A stretch of 64,000 nt of DNA from an uncultured delta proteobacterium (GTDB taxonomy: Bacteria; Desulfobacterota; Desulfobacteria; Desulfobacterales; Desulfosalsimonadaceae). Shown piece after piece: positions 33,241-41,714 of this stretch. Below the pieces are notes generated by a model. It did no database searches, was not told where the DNA came from, and saw nothing but the letters and a program-made list of their open reading frames with translations. Position 1 is the stretch's first letter. Each line of letters starts with the position of its first letter. A program made the position numbers and the translations under genes. The stretch is from NCBI GenBank assembly GCA_963826785.1, contig CAWGYD010000003.1:96001-160000 (forward strand), written 5' to 3'.

Positions 33241-34527
33241 TTACGCTTCGAGCACCATGGCCATTCCCATTCCCCCGCCGATGCACATGGAGACCAGACC
33301 GGTGTTTGCGCCGCCCTGCTTCATCAGGTTGAGAATGGTCACCGTCTGGCGGGCGCCCGTGCACCCGATGGGGTGGCCGATGGATATGCCCGAGCCGGCC
33401 AGGTTCGGTTTTTCCACGGGGATGTTCAATTCATTCATGCAGGCGATGGCCTGTGAGGCGAATGCTTCATTGAGCTCGATGATGTCGACATCTCCCATCT
33501 GCATGGATGCCTGGACCAACGCCTTGCGGATGGCCGGGATCGGCCCCAGGCCCATGTAGGCCGGGTCCACCCCGCCGGCGGCAAAGGAGCGGATCTTCGC
33601 CAGGGGCGCAAGCCCCAGTTGTGCGGCTTTTTCAGCGCTCATCAGCACCACGGCGGCCGCGCCGTCATTGATGCCCGAGGCGTTTCCGGCGGTCACGGTG
33701 CCGTCTTTCTTGAATACGGGCCTGAGTTTGGCCATCTTTTCCATGTTGGTTTCCATGGGACGTTCATCCGTGTCCACCACGATGTCCCCCTTGCGAGAGG
33801 CAATGGTGACCGGGATGATCTCGCGGGCAAACGTGCCGTCCTTGATGGCCTTCATGGCCCGCTGGTGGCTCAAAACAGAAAGTTCGTCCTGCTGCTGCCG
33901 GGAAATGCCGTATTTTTCCACGATATTTTCCGCGGTCAGCCCCATGTGATACCCGTAAAATATTTCATACAGGCCGTCGAATACCATCAGGTCGTAAAGT
34001 TCGCCCTTTCCGGTCACCTCCATCCGGTAACCCCAGCGTGCCTTGGGCAGGGCCATGGGAACGTTGCTCATGCTTTCCTGGCCGCCGGCCACGATCACGT
34101 CCGCCTGGCCGCTCATGATGGACGCGGCCCCCAGGGCAATTGCCTTCAACCCCGAGGCGCACACCTTGTTAATCGTAAAGGCTGGGGTTTCCTTGGGGAC
34201 GCCCGCCCGGACCATGGCCTGGCGCGCGGGGTTCTGCCCCTGCCCGGCGGTGAGCACGTTTCCCATGATCACTTCATCCACCACCACGGGGGCTGCATCG
34301 GCATCCCAGCGGTCGGCATCGGTTTCAAGGGAAACCTTTCCCTGGTCTGCAAGCTTGTCCGGAGCGGCCTTGATCATCGTATCCCCCACAACCGGACGCA
34401 GCCCGGCTTTTTTAAGGGCCTCCCGAATCACGATGGATCCCAGTTCCACCACGGACACATCCTTCAGCACGCCGCCGAACGAACCGACGGGGGTTCTTAC
34501 ACCGCTGACAATGACTACTTCTCGCAT
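33241..34527 (-). CDS. Acetyl-CoA acetyltransferase (thiolase)
   Basis: INKVCASG, NASGINDGAA, NEAFA, GHPIG, CIGGG. Confidence 0.95.
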   Translation of the reverse strand: MREVVIVSGVRTPVGSFGGVLKDVSVVELGSIVIREALKKAGLRPVVGDTMIKAAPDKLADQGKVSLETDADRWDADAAPVVVDEVIMGNVLTAGQGQNPARQAMVRAGVPKETPAFTINKVCASGLKAIALGAASIMSGQADVIVAGGQESMSNVPMALPKARWGYRMEVTGKGELYDLMVFDGLYEIFYGYHMGLTAENIVEKYGISRQQQDELSVLSHQRAMKAIKDGTFAREIIPVTIASRKGDIVVDTDERPMETNMEKMAKLRPVFKKDGTVTAGNASGINDGAAAVVLMSAEKAAQLGLAPLAKIRSFAAGGVDPAYMGLGPIPAIRKALVQASMQMGDVDIIELNEAFASQAIACMNELNIPVEKPNLAGSGISIGHPIGCTGARQTVTILNLMKQGGANTGLVSMCIGGGMGMAMVLEA

Positions 34528-34580
34528 ATTTCAATCCTTTCTGAATATATGATGTAATAATGAATTTTACGCGTATGGCC

Positions 34581-34713
34581 TGACTGGATTCGTAAAAAGT
34601 CAAAAACAGCAGTTTCCGGGGGCGACCGCGGGAAGCCAACCGGGTCATTGCAAACGGTTGTGAAGACCCGCATCCGCAAATGGGGTAATCTGGACTTTTT
34701 ACGGGACCGTCAA
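34581..34713. mobile_element. MITE-like ~130-bp element with terminal inverted repeats
   Basis: TGACTGGATTCGTAAAAAGTC ... GACTTTTTACGGGACCGTCA; perfect 11-bp core CGTAAAAAGTC/GACTTTTTACG; no credible CDS. Confidence 0.6.
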
Positions 34714-35003
34714 TATTGTTCCGAAATCTTGTTCCGAACAAATTATTTTAATTAACAAATCCCTGTAAAAAAAGCAAGAATTAACTGCGCTGCCGCCGCT
34801 GGAGGGAACCCATTCCCAACGGGCCGGTCATCCGGATTCGCATGTGAAATTTTCCGGATCATGCCCCTCCGGAAGACGGCTATTGACATCATCCTTTCGA
34901 GCCGCCATTTTAGATTAAAATGACCCTTTTTATTTGACCTTTTGCCCGCTTTTAAACCGCATGCGGACATTTAAATGCGAACTTTGCGCAAAATAGCAAA
35001 AAA

Positions 35004-35798
35004 ATGTGCCTGATCATCATCTGCACCAATACCAGGCCGGATTATCCCCTGATTATTGCGGCCAACCGGGATGAATTTTACAACCGGCCGACGCTCCCCC
35101 TGGATTTCTGGGAAGATCACCCAAAGATTCTGGCCGGGCGGGACCTGCAAGGCCGGGGCACATGGCTGGGGGTGTCGACTTCCGGACGGATCGCAGCGGT
35201 GACCAACTACCGGAGCCCCCAGGCCCTGATGCCCGGCCGGCCCGCCAAGCTTTCCCGGGGGGCTCTGGTCACCGGGTTTCTGTCCGGCAATGAGGCGCCG
35301 GCGGCATACCTTGAAACGGTGGCCGGGGAAAAGGATCGCTATGATGCCTTCAACCTGGTGGCGGGAACCGCAGAAAGGCTTTTCTGGTATTCCAATATGA
35401 ACGGCGGCATCAAGATGATCGATGACGGGATTCACGGGATCAGCAACCACCTGCTGGATACCCCCTGGCCCAAGCTGGAAAAGGCCCGGTCGGGAATGCG
35501 TGACATCCTGTCCCGATCGGGCCCAATCGATTTTAAATCCATCTTCACGCTGCTTTCAGATACCGAAAGACCGCCGCGAAAATCCCTTCCCGATACAGGC
35601 GTGGGAAGTGCCTGGGAGGAGGTCCTTTCATCCGTGTTCATAAAAAGCGAAATCTACGGCACCCGCTCCTCTTCCATCATTATGGTGCACCGCACCGGCC
35701 ATCTGACGTTTATCGAACGCACCCATCCCGGCCCTGCAAGCGGGCGGTTGACCGCCAATACCCGGACCTGTGAACTTGAACTTGTGTTATCCCCGTGA
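35004..35798 (+). CDS. NRDE/TANGO2 family protein
   Basis: MCL N-terminus, AANRDEF, GRDL..GTWLG, SRG, YGTRSS. Confidence 0.92.
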   Translation: MCLIIICTNTRPDYPLIIAANRDEFYNRPTLPLDFWEDHPKILAGRDLQGRGTWLGVSTSGRIAAVTNYRSPQALMPGRPAKLSRGALVTGFLSGNEAPAAYLETVAGEKDRYDAFNLVAGTAERLFWYSNMNGGIKMIDDGIHGISNHLLDTPWPKLEKARSGMRDILSRSGPIDFKSIFTLLSDTERPPRKSLPDTGVGSAWEEVLSSVFIKSEIYGTRSSSIIMVHRTGHLTFIERTHPGPASGRLTANTRTCELELVLSP

Positions 35799-35867
35799 CG
35801 GAGAAAACCCGATTTGAAACGACCGGCGCGATGTTTATGTTTGATAGCAGAACATAAAACAAATTCA

Positions 35868-36380
35868 ATGGGTGCTGCTGACCTCATGAACATTTTGCTG
35901 CGCAAATTTCTGATGCCCAGACCCACCCGGGGGTATTTAATCCGGACGACGCTGGTGGCGCTGAGCGCCTTTATCATTTTCAAGTATATTTTCATCCCTT
36001 TTCGGGTGTCCGGCCAAAGCATGGACCCCACTTACCGGGACGGGCAGTTTAATTTCTGTTTCACCCTCAAATATCCGTTTTCCGAAATTCAACGGGGGGA
36101 TGTGGTGCTGGTGAGGTGGGCCGGTCCGCATGTCATGCTGCTGAAACGGGTGGTGGCGGTGGAAAATGATACCATTGCTTTTAGAGACGGCCATCTGTAT
36201 GTCAATGGCCAAAAAATCACGGAACCCTATGCCGGGGCTTCGTTAGCCTGGGAGCTGCCCCCCCGGAAGGTCAAAAAAAACCATGTCTATGTGGTGGGCG
36301 ACAACCGCAGCGTCCCCATGGAGGTCCACGATTTCGGCCAGACCCCGGTCAGCCGGATCGTGGGTAGTCCCTTATGGTAA
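35868..36380 (+). CDS. lepB: Signal peptidase I
   Basis: TM segment, VSGQSMDPT (catalytic Ser), LLKRVVA (catalytic Lys), GDNR; start 35868 or 35886. Confidence 0.88.
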   Translation: MGAADLMNILLRKFLMPRPTRGYLIRTTLVALSAFIIFKYIFIPFRVSGQSMDPTYRDGQFNFCFTLKYPFSEIQRGDVVLVRWAGPHVMLLKRVVAVENDTIAFRDGHLYVNGQKITEPYAGASLAWELPPRKVKKNHVYVVGDNRSVPMEVHDFGQTPVSRIVGSPLW

Positions 36381-36883
36381 ATGCCAGAAACGCCGTCATT
36401 TTCGGGCTGCTTCTTGCCATCGGCGCATTTGCATTTTTCCATTATTTTGAATCCGACGAGGCGAAAATCAAAGGGCGTTTTGATCAGCTGCGTGTCGATA
36501 TGCAAAAGGACCCGGCAGAAACCGAACTGGTCGCCGCCGCAAAGGCCAGACGGATCGGCCGGATGTTTACCAATCCCTGTTTTCTCAATCTCCCCTCCCA
36601 TTCCGTTTTCGGCACCTATTCCCGCAATGACCTGATGTCGCATATCATGGCGGCGAGATCGCAATATCAAAGCATCTCGATGCGGTTCTATGATTTTACC
36701 ATCGAAATGCTCGACGATGAGACCGCAGCCGTCAGCTTCACCGTGATTGCACAGGCCCTTCCCCGGGGCGATGCCGGCGAACTGCCATACGAGGAAGTTC
36801 AGGAATTGACCTGCATGCTCAAACAGTCTGAAGGCGAATGGTTTTTCAGCGAATCGGAGGCGGTGGACGTATTAAAGAGATAA
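36374..36883 (+). CDS. Membrane-anchored hypothetical protein, possibly NTF2-like fold
   Basis: N-terminal TM, overlaps the lepB stop, ends LKQSEGEWFF; fold is inference. Confidence 0.65.
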   Translation: MVNARNAVIFGLLLAIGAFAFFHYFESDEAKIKGRFDQLRVDMQKDPAETELVAAAKARRIGRMFTNPCFLNLPSHSVFGTYSRNDLMSHIMAARSQYQSISMRFYDFTIEMLDDETAAVSFTVIAQALPRGDAGELPYEEVQELTCMLKQSEGEWFFSESEAVDVLKR

Positions 36884-37034
36884 AAAAGGGGCAGCGTCAG
36901 GACCTGTGACTGTTCTGGCTGGACTTGTTTTTCGTGGGCCGCATTTCATTTCATTTATTCCAATCTGCATTCGAAAAAAGTGCCGGGGCAGCCAGGCCGC
37001 AAGCCAGAACAAGGCAGGCGCTTGAATGCAGATG

Positions 37035-37553
37035 TCAGTATTCAATCCCCACCCGGGCTGCCACCCCGTTCTGGTAATAATGCTTGATTTCCTTCATCTC
37101 CGTCACCAGGTCGGCGGCCCTGACCACTTCGTCGGAAATGTTGCGGCCCGTTATGACCAGTTCAACGGTATCCGGACGGGCAGCGATCACCTCCAGAATA
37201 TCAGCGGTTTGAATCACGCCAAAGTTTTCCGCCATGGCCGCTTCCTCCATGATCACCACGTCATATTTGCCGGATAGCAGGGCCTCCCGGCATGATTGCA
37301 GGCATTGCCGGCCGGCGGCGATATCTTCGGGGGAAGGCTTGCCGCGGATGAATTTCCCGGTGCCGAACTGCGCGATGCGAATCCGGTCCGAGAACCGCTC
37401 AAGGGCGGTCAATTCACTATAATGCCCCTTTTTCATGAATTGAGCGATATATACGTTCAACCCCGCACCCGCGGCACGAAGCGCCAATCCAAGTGAGGCC
37501 GTCGTCTTTCCTTTGCCTTTTCCGGTATAGACCTGCACATAGCCTTTTTCCAT
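37035..37553 (-). CDS. cobO: Cob(I)alamin adenosyltransferase (CobA/BtuR/CobO type)
   Basis: VYTGKGKGKTTA, QFMK, ELVITGR, ADLVTEMKEIKH, GIEY. Confidence 0.92.
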   Translation of the reverse strand: MEKGYVQVYTGKGKGKTTASLGLALRAAGAGLNVYIAQFMKKGHYSELTALERFSDRIRIAQFGTGKFIRGKPSPEDIAAGRQCLQSCREALLSGKYDVVIMEEAAMAENFGVIQTADILEVIAARPDTVELVITGRNISDEVVRAADLVTEMKEIKHYYQNGVAARVGIEY

Positions 37554-37597
37554 GCCATCCCCCTGGTGATCTTTTTCGCAGATGATTTATCGCTTCA

Positions 37598-38095
37598 TCA
37601 ATGGCATCCGGAAGAACAGTCGCAGCCGCAACCCGATCCGCAGCTTTCCTGCGGCTGGGTCGGTGTATCGCTGATGCCCACCACCTCGACTTCAAAGGTC
37701 AGTGGAAGGCCGGCCAGGGGATGATTCAGATCGACCACCACTTTTTCATGATCCGCTTGGGTGATCTGGGCCGGGATCTGTTCCCCATCCTGCATCTGAA
37801 TCGAGATAATGTCGCCTTCCTGAGGATTCATATCTTCAGGCACCTCTTTGCGGGAAAAGGTATGTATGTTGCCTTCGTCGCGGATTCCATAGGCGTCTTC
37901 CGGAGCGATGGTAAACATCTTCTTTTCGTTTAGAGACATTCCGACAACGGAATCCTCAAAGCCCTTGATGACGTCACCGGAGCCGACCTGCCATTCCATG
38001 GGTTCATCGTTTTGCGTTTCATCAAATACATCACCGCTGTCCAGTGTTCCTTTGTAATTGACACAGACAAACTTTCCGTTTTCTACTTTTTGCAT
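37598..38095 (-). CDS. slyD: FKBP-type peptidyl-prolyl isomerase, SlyD-like
   Basis: YKGTLDSG.VFD, PEDAYG, VDLNHPLAG.LTFEVEV, Cys-rich tail. Confidence 0.88.
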   Translation of the reverse strand: MQKVENGKFVCVNYKGTLDSGDVFDETQNDEPMEWQVGSGDVIKGFEDSVVGMSLNEKKMFTIAPEDAYGIRDEGNIHTFSRKEVPEDMNPQEGDIISIQMQDGEQIPAQITQADHEKVVVDLNHPLAGLPLTFEVEVVGISDTPTQPQESCGSGCGCDCSSGCH

Positions 38096-38293
38096 GAGAA
38101 TTTCCTCTCCCTTCTTTTAGATTTCACTTAAACTAGGGACAATGCCGATAAAGTCAAGCGAATACCGTTTCACCTGTGCGGATCGATTATTATGGGAAGG
38201 ATATGAAAAAACACTGACATTCGGGCCAATCGATTGCCGTTCAGTCCATTAAATAGTATGATTGAACGCAAGCATCCGGCGGGCCTGAAAATG

Positions 38294-38319
38294 AAACGCA
38301 GCCGGGAAGCTGCGTTTTT
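38294..38319. terminator. Intrinsic terminator hairpin
   Basis: AAACGCAGC-CGGGAA-GCTGCGTTTTT just downstream of the 38343-38909 gene. Confidence 0.6.
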
Positions 38320-38342
38320 ATGCAATAAAAATCAGGTGGGGA

Positions 38343-38909
38343 TCACCCGATGGTCACTGCTTCGATATGATTGTTGCTCACCCCGATGAACCCGAAGGGC
38401 AATTTGACTTCACGTTTGATCCAACGGTCCTGCTTCCAGCAGATCTCCACCATCTCGGCCTGGGTCAGGGCTACGAATTTGTCCTTGGACTTCTTCTTGA
38501 ACAGGCCGTAAAACTGCCCTTTGATATCATAGAAGGAACTGGCGACGTCTTTGGTGATGATATTGACCGACTGAGCTTTTTCCTGGGTGTTTTGAATCAT
38601 CACGGCGGCCCGTTTTTTTTCCATTTCATCGCCGATGAACTCGATGTCATCATAAAAATAGAAAATTTCCGACAGCTTGATCTGAATCCGGTCAAATTTC
38701 CGATACACCATGGATTCATCCAGAAACAGCCGTGCCTCATACATCATGAGGGCGTTGTCATAAACTTTTTCATTGGGGTTTCGCCAGAAGAGATTGGCGC
38801 TGTTGAGCAGGTCGGTGGTCCTGAAGGCTGAACTGGGGACATCCACCATTCCCGAATATTTCTTCCCCAGCGAGGTTACGATTGCCAGTCTTCTCTGTTC
38901 AACCGCCAT
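38343..38909 (-). CDS. Hypothetical protein (188 aa)
   Basis: AAGGA RBS, natural composition; two similar-sized beta-rich halves. Confidence 0.75.
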   Translation of the reverse strand: MAVEQRRLAIVTSLGKKYSGMVDVPSSAFRTTDLLNSANLFWRNPNEKVYDNALMMYEARLFLDESMVYRKFDRIQIKLSEIFYFYDDIEFIGDEMEKKRAAVMIQNTQEKAQSVNIITKDVASSFYDIKGQFYGLFKKKSKDKFVALTQAEMVEICWKQDRWIKREVKLPFGFIGVSNNHIEAVTIG

Positions 38910-38963
38910 TTGCTTTATCCTTTCCTGTTTGATGGGCCGATTCGCATGCGCAAAATACTCAAA

Positions 38964-39338
38964 TTAACTCGTCCGAGGGCTGTTTTCAGGCGCGCTTTCG
39001 CCATGCCGGTATTTCCGCAGCCCGGTGACAAAGGTTAAAATGCCGATGAGTCCCATCAGGATCGCGGGCACCAGATTGTGGAATCCCTCCAGCTCGGGGC
39101 TGATAAAAATCCGGTGCGTCTGCATATATATTACCCAGCACAGGCCGGCAATGGCCGCATAGGCGCCCAGCAGCGTCTGGGTGATGCCGTTGAGCCGGGC
39201 GGTCTTGCGGTGCTGATCGGGTTCATCAAGTTTCTGGTAACGCAGCCGGATCTGATCATGGATGATGTATGCGGCCACCAGGACAATGATGGTGATGCTG
39301 GTGATGAATTCCCACATGTAGTAGTAGTTTTCTGCCAT
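38964..39338 (-). CDS. Small 3-TM membrane protein
   Basis: AAGGA RBS before MAENYYYMWEF; three hydrophobic segments. Confidence 0.7.
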   Translation of the reverse strand: MAENYYYMWEFITSITIIVLVAAYIIHDQIRLRYQKLDEPDQHRKTARLNGITQTLLGAYAAIAGLCWVIYMQTHRIFISPELEGFHNLVPAILMGLIGILTFVTGLRKYRHGESAPENSPRTS

Positions 39339-39582
39339 TTTACGATCCTTCTGTATTTGATCGTTTGATATGCGGCGGCCCGGTCGCCGCGGCTGATTTG
39401 ACAAGCAGAGGCGCCTCCGCACCGAGTAGATGATAACATGCCATACCAGATTTTTCCCGCAAAGGTCAATTGCGAATCGCTTTTCAAATACGCATTCGCA
39501 CCCGTGAAATTCCCGGGATTTTTTTCCGCAAACCCGAGTTGACGATCCTGTGGGTAAAATTTTCAAGACGATCAAATTGATC

Positions 39583-39611
39583 TTGACTTAAAATATACCG
39601 ATCGGTATGTT
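39583..39611 (+). promoter_or_regulatory. Sigma70-type promoter with an embedded palindromic TetR operator
   Basis: TTGACT-17 bp-TATGTT; perfect palindrome ATACCGATCGGTAT at 39595-39608. Confidence 0.7.
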
Positions 39612-39617
39612 TTTGCC

Positions 39618-40223
39618 ATGAAGCATCAGGATATGCCCAAATCGGAAAAAACCCGGCGGTTCATACTGGAAAAAGCCGCGCCCATCTTCAATAAAAAAGG
39701 GTATGCGGGGACCTCTCTTTCCGATCTCACCCGGGCCACCGGCCTGACCAAGGGGAGCATCTACGGCAACTTCAAAAACAAGGATGAAGTGGCCATAGAG
39801 GCGTTTCGCTACAATGTCGGCAACATCGCCCGATATTTTGCCCGCGAAATGGAAAAAAAGGATACCTGCATCGACAAACTGCTGGTGTATCCCCGGGCGT
39901 ACCGGAAGCTCTATTCCGCCATGGTGGCCCACGGCGGCTGCCCCATCTTGAATACCGCCACCGAAGCCGACGACACCCACCAGGTGCTGTGCCGTCTGAC
40001 CATGGAAGCCATTGCCGCCTGGAAGGCGGCCATCGTAAAACTGGTTGAAGCCGCCAGGAAAAACGGCGAGGCCAAAGCGGAAACCGAACCCGAAAAAATC
40101 GCCCATATCATGCTCTCCCTGTTCGAGGGCGGCGGCATCCTGGCCAAGATTGCCCGGGAGGAAGACTACATCCAGCATGCCATCGATCATGTGGAGCAAT
40201 TGATCGAGTCCATCCGAACCTGA
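39618..40223 (+). CDS. TetR/AcrR family regulator
   Basis: ILEKAAPIFNKKGYAGTSLSDLTRATGLTKGSIYGNFKNKDE HTH; GGCPILN C-terminal motif. Confidence 0.93.
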   Translation: MKHQDMPKSEKTRRFILEKAAPIFNKKGYAGTSLSDLTRATGLTKGSIYGNFKNKDEVAIEAFRYNVGNIARYFAREMEKKDTCIDKLLVYPRAYRKLYSAMVAHGGCPILNTATEADDTHQVLCRLTMEAIAAWKAAIVKLVEAARKNGEAKAETEPEKIAHIMLSLFEGGGILAKIAREEDYIQHAIDHVEQLIESIRT

Positions 40224-40238
40224 TTTTTTTTATCCGGG

Positions 40239-40258
40239 AATATACCCATCGGTATATT
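40239..40258. promoter_or_regulatory. Second TetR-type operator
   Basis: AATATACCCATCGGTATATT, nearly identical to the site at 39592-39611. Confidence 0.7.
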
Positions 40259-40307
40259 TCCGGCAATGATCGTCAAATCACAACCACCTGGACAAGGAGC
40301 CCCCGAC

Positions 40308-41379
40308 ATGGAATCAAATCTCTTTCGAGACCTGCAGCAGCGCCTGGATCAGTATTCACTGGGTTTTCCGGCGACTCAATCCGGCATTGAAATTCAAATT
40401 TTAAAAAAGCTGTTTACCGAAGCCGACGCGCAGATGTTTCTGGCCTTGAGTCCCATGCTGGAAACCCCGGAATCGGTGGCCGACAGGCTTTCCCAGCCCG
40501 TGGAGGCGGTGGCGGCCCGGCTTGAGGACATGGCGGCGCGAAAGCTTTTGTTCCGGATCAAAAAGCCCGAGTCGGTCAGGTACGGCGCGATTCCCTTCGT
40601 GCATGGCCTGTTTGAATTCCAGGTTTCACAGCTGGACCGCGAACTTGCCGGGATGCTGGATCAATATTATGGTGAAGGCTTCAAAGAGGCCATGATCAAA
40701 GGGGCGGACACTTTTTTGCGCACCATTCCGATTTCAGAAGCCCTGTCCGCCGAACAGCACATCGCCCCTTATGAGGATGTCAAAGCGCTGCTTGAGAAAA
40801 TGAAACAGATCGTGGTGACCGACTGCATCTGCCGCAAGCAAAAGCAGCTGATGGACAAGGGATGCGGAAAGCCCCTGGAGGTCTGCTTCATGTTCGGATC
40901 CATGGGTCAGTATTACTTAGACCACAACATGGGGCGCAAGGTGGACGCCGATGAAGCCCTGCGCATCGTGGCCGACGCCCAGGCCGCCGGCCTGGTGACC
41001 CAGCCGGCCACCACCCAGAACCCCGGGGGCATGTGCAACTGCTGCGGTGACTGCTGCGGCGTATCTGGCCTCTCTGAACGACCTGGAGAAACCGGCCGAA
41101 GCGGTATTCTCCAACTGGTTTGCCGCCGTGGACGAAAAATCCTGCTCCGGATGCGAAACCTGTCTGGATCGCTGCCAGATGAATGCCATCTCCATGAGTG
41201 ACGACGACACGGCCCGCATCAACCGGGACCGCTGCATCGGCTGCGGCCTGTGCGTCATCACCTGCCCGGAAGAGGCCATCTCCCTGGTCCAGAAGGAGGA
41301 GGCGCAACGCCGCGTCCCCCCGGCAACCGGCATGGATCAGATGCTGAAGATGGCCGAAAAACGGGGAATCACGTTTTAA
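40308..41379 (+). CDS. Fe-S protein with C-terminal 2x[4Fe-4S] ferredoxin domain, frameshifted (probable sequencing error)
   Basis: AAGGAG RBS; CICRK, CNCCGDCCG, then CSGCETCLDRC and CIGCGLCVITCP in the next frame; an extra T near 41064. Confidence 0.85.
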
Positions 41380-41435
41380 ACAACGGGATGCAAGGCCGGA
41401 TGCTTCTTCTCAAGAAGGGCGTGCTCAAGCGAGGC

Positions 41436-41619
41436 GACATGCCGGTGGGTCTCTCCCCGCTCACTGTTCCTTATTTGAATGCTTCTAAGATGAAGCTGCG
41501 CTGCATCCTGGAAACTCGCCTGTCGGCTCAGACAGTCCAGGATGCGGCCGCTGCGCTTCATCAAGAAGCATTTCAAAATAATGAAGCAATGCTCGCCGGG
41601 AGAAACCCATCGGCATGTC
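41436..41619. repeat. ~185-bp imperfect palindrome (REP/MITE-like)
   Basis: Nested arms GACATGCCGGTGGGTCTCTCCC/GGGAGAAACCCATCGGCATGTC, GAATGCTTCTAAGATGAAGC/GCTTCATCAAGAAGCATTTC, GCATCCTGGA/TCCAGGATGC. Confidence 0.8.
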
Positions 41620-41714
41620 TTTGGCTATGCACATTTCCTGTTGCAGAAACAATTGGCAGAGGGGGCAAAAATTAAAGCATGATCACGACAAAGCCAAGGA
41701 TACAGGAGATCGCC

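Noticed and set aside
37554..37597. Cobalamin riboswitch upstream of cobO
   Set aside because: Gap is only 44 bp; no B12-box visible.
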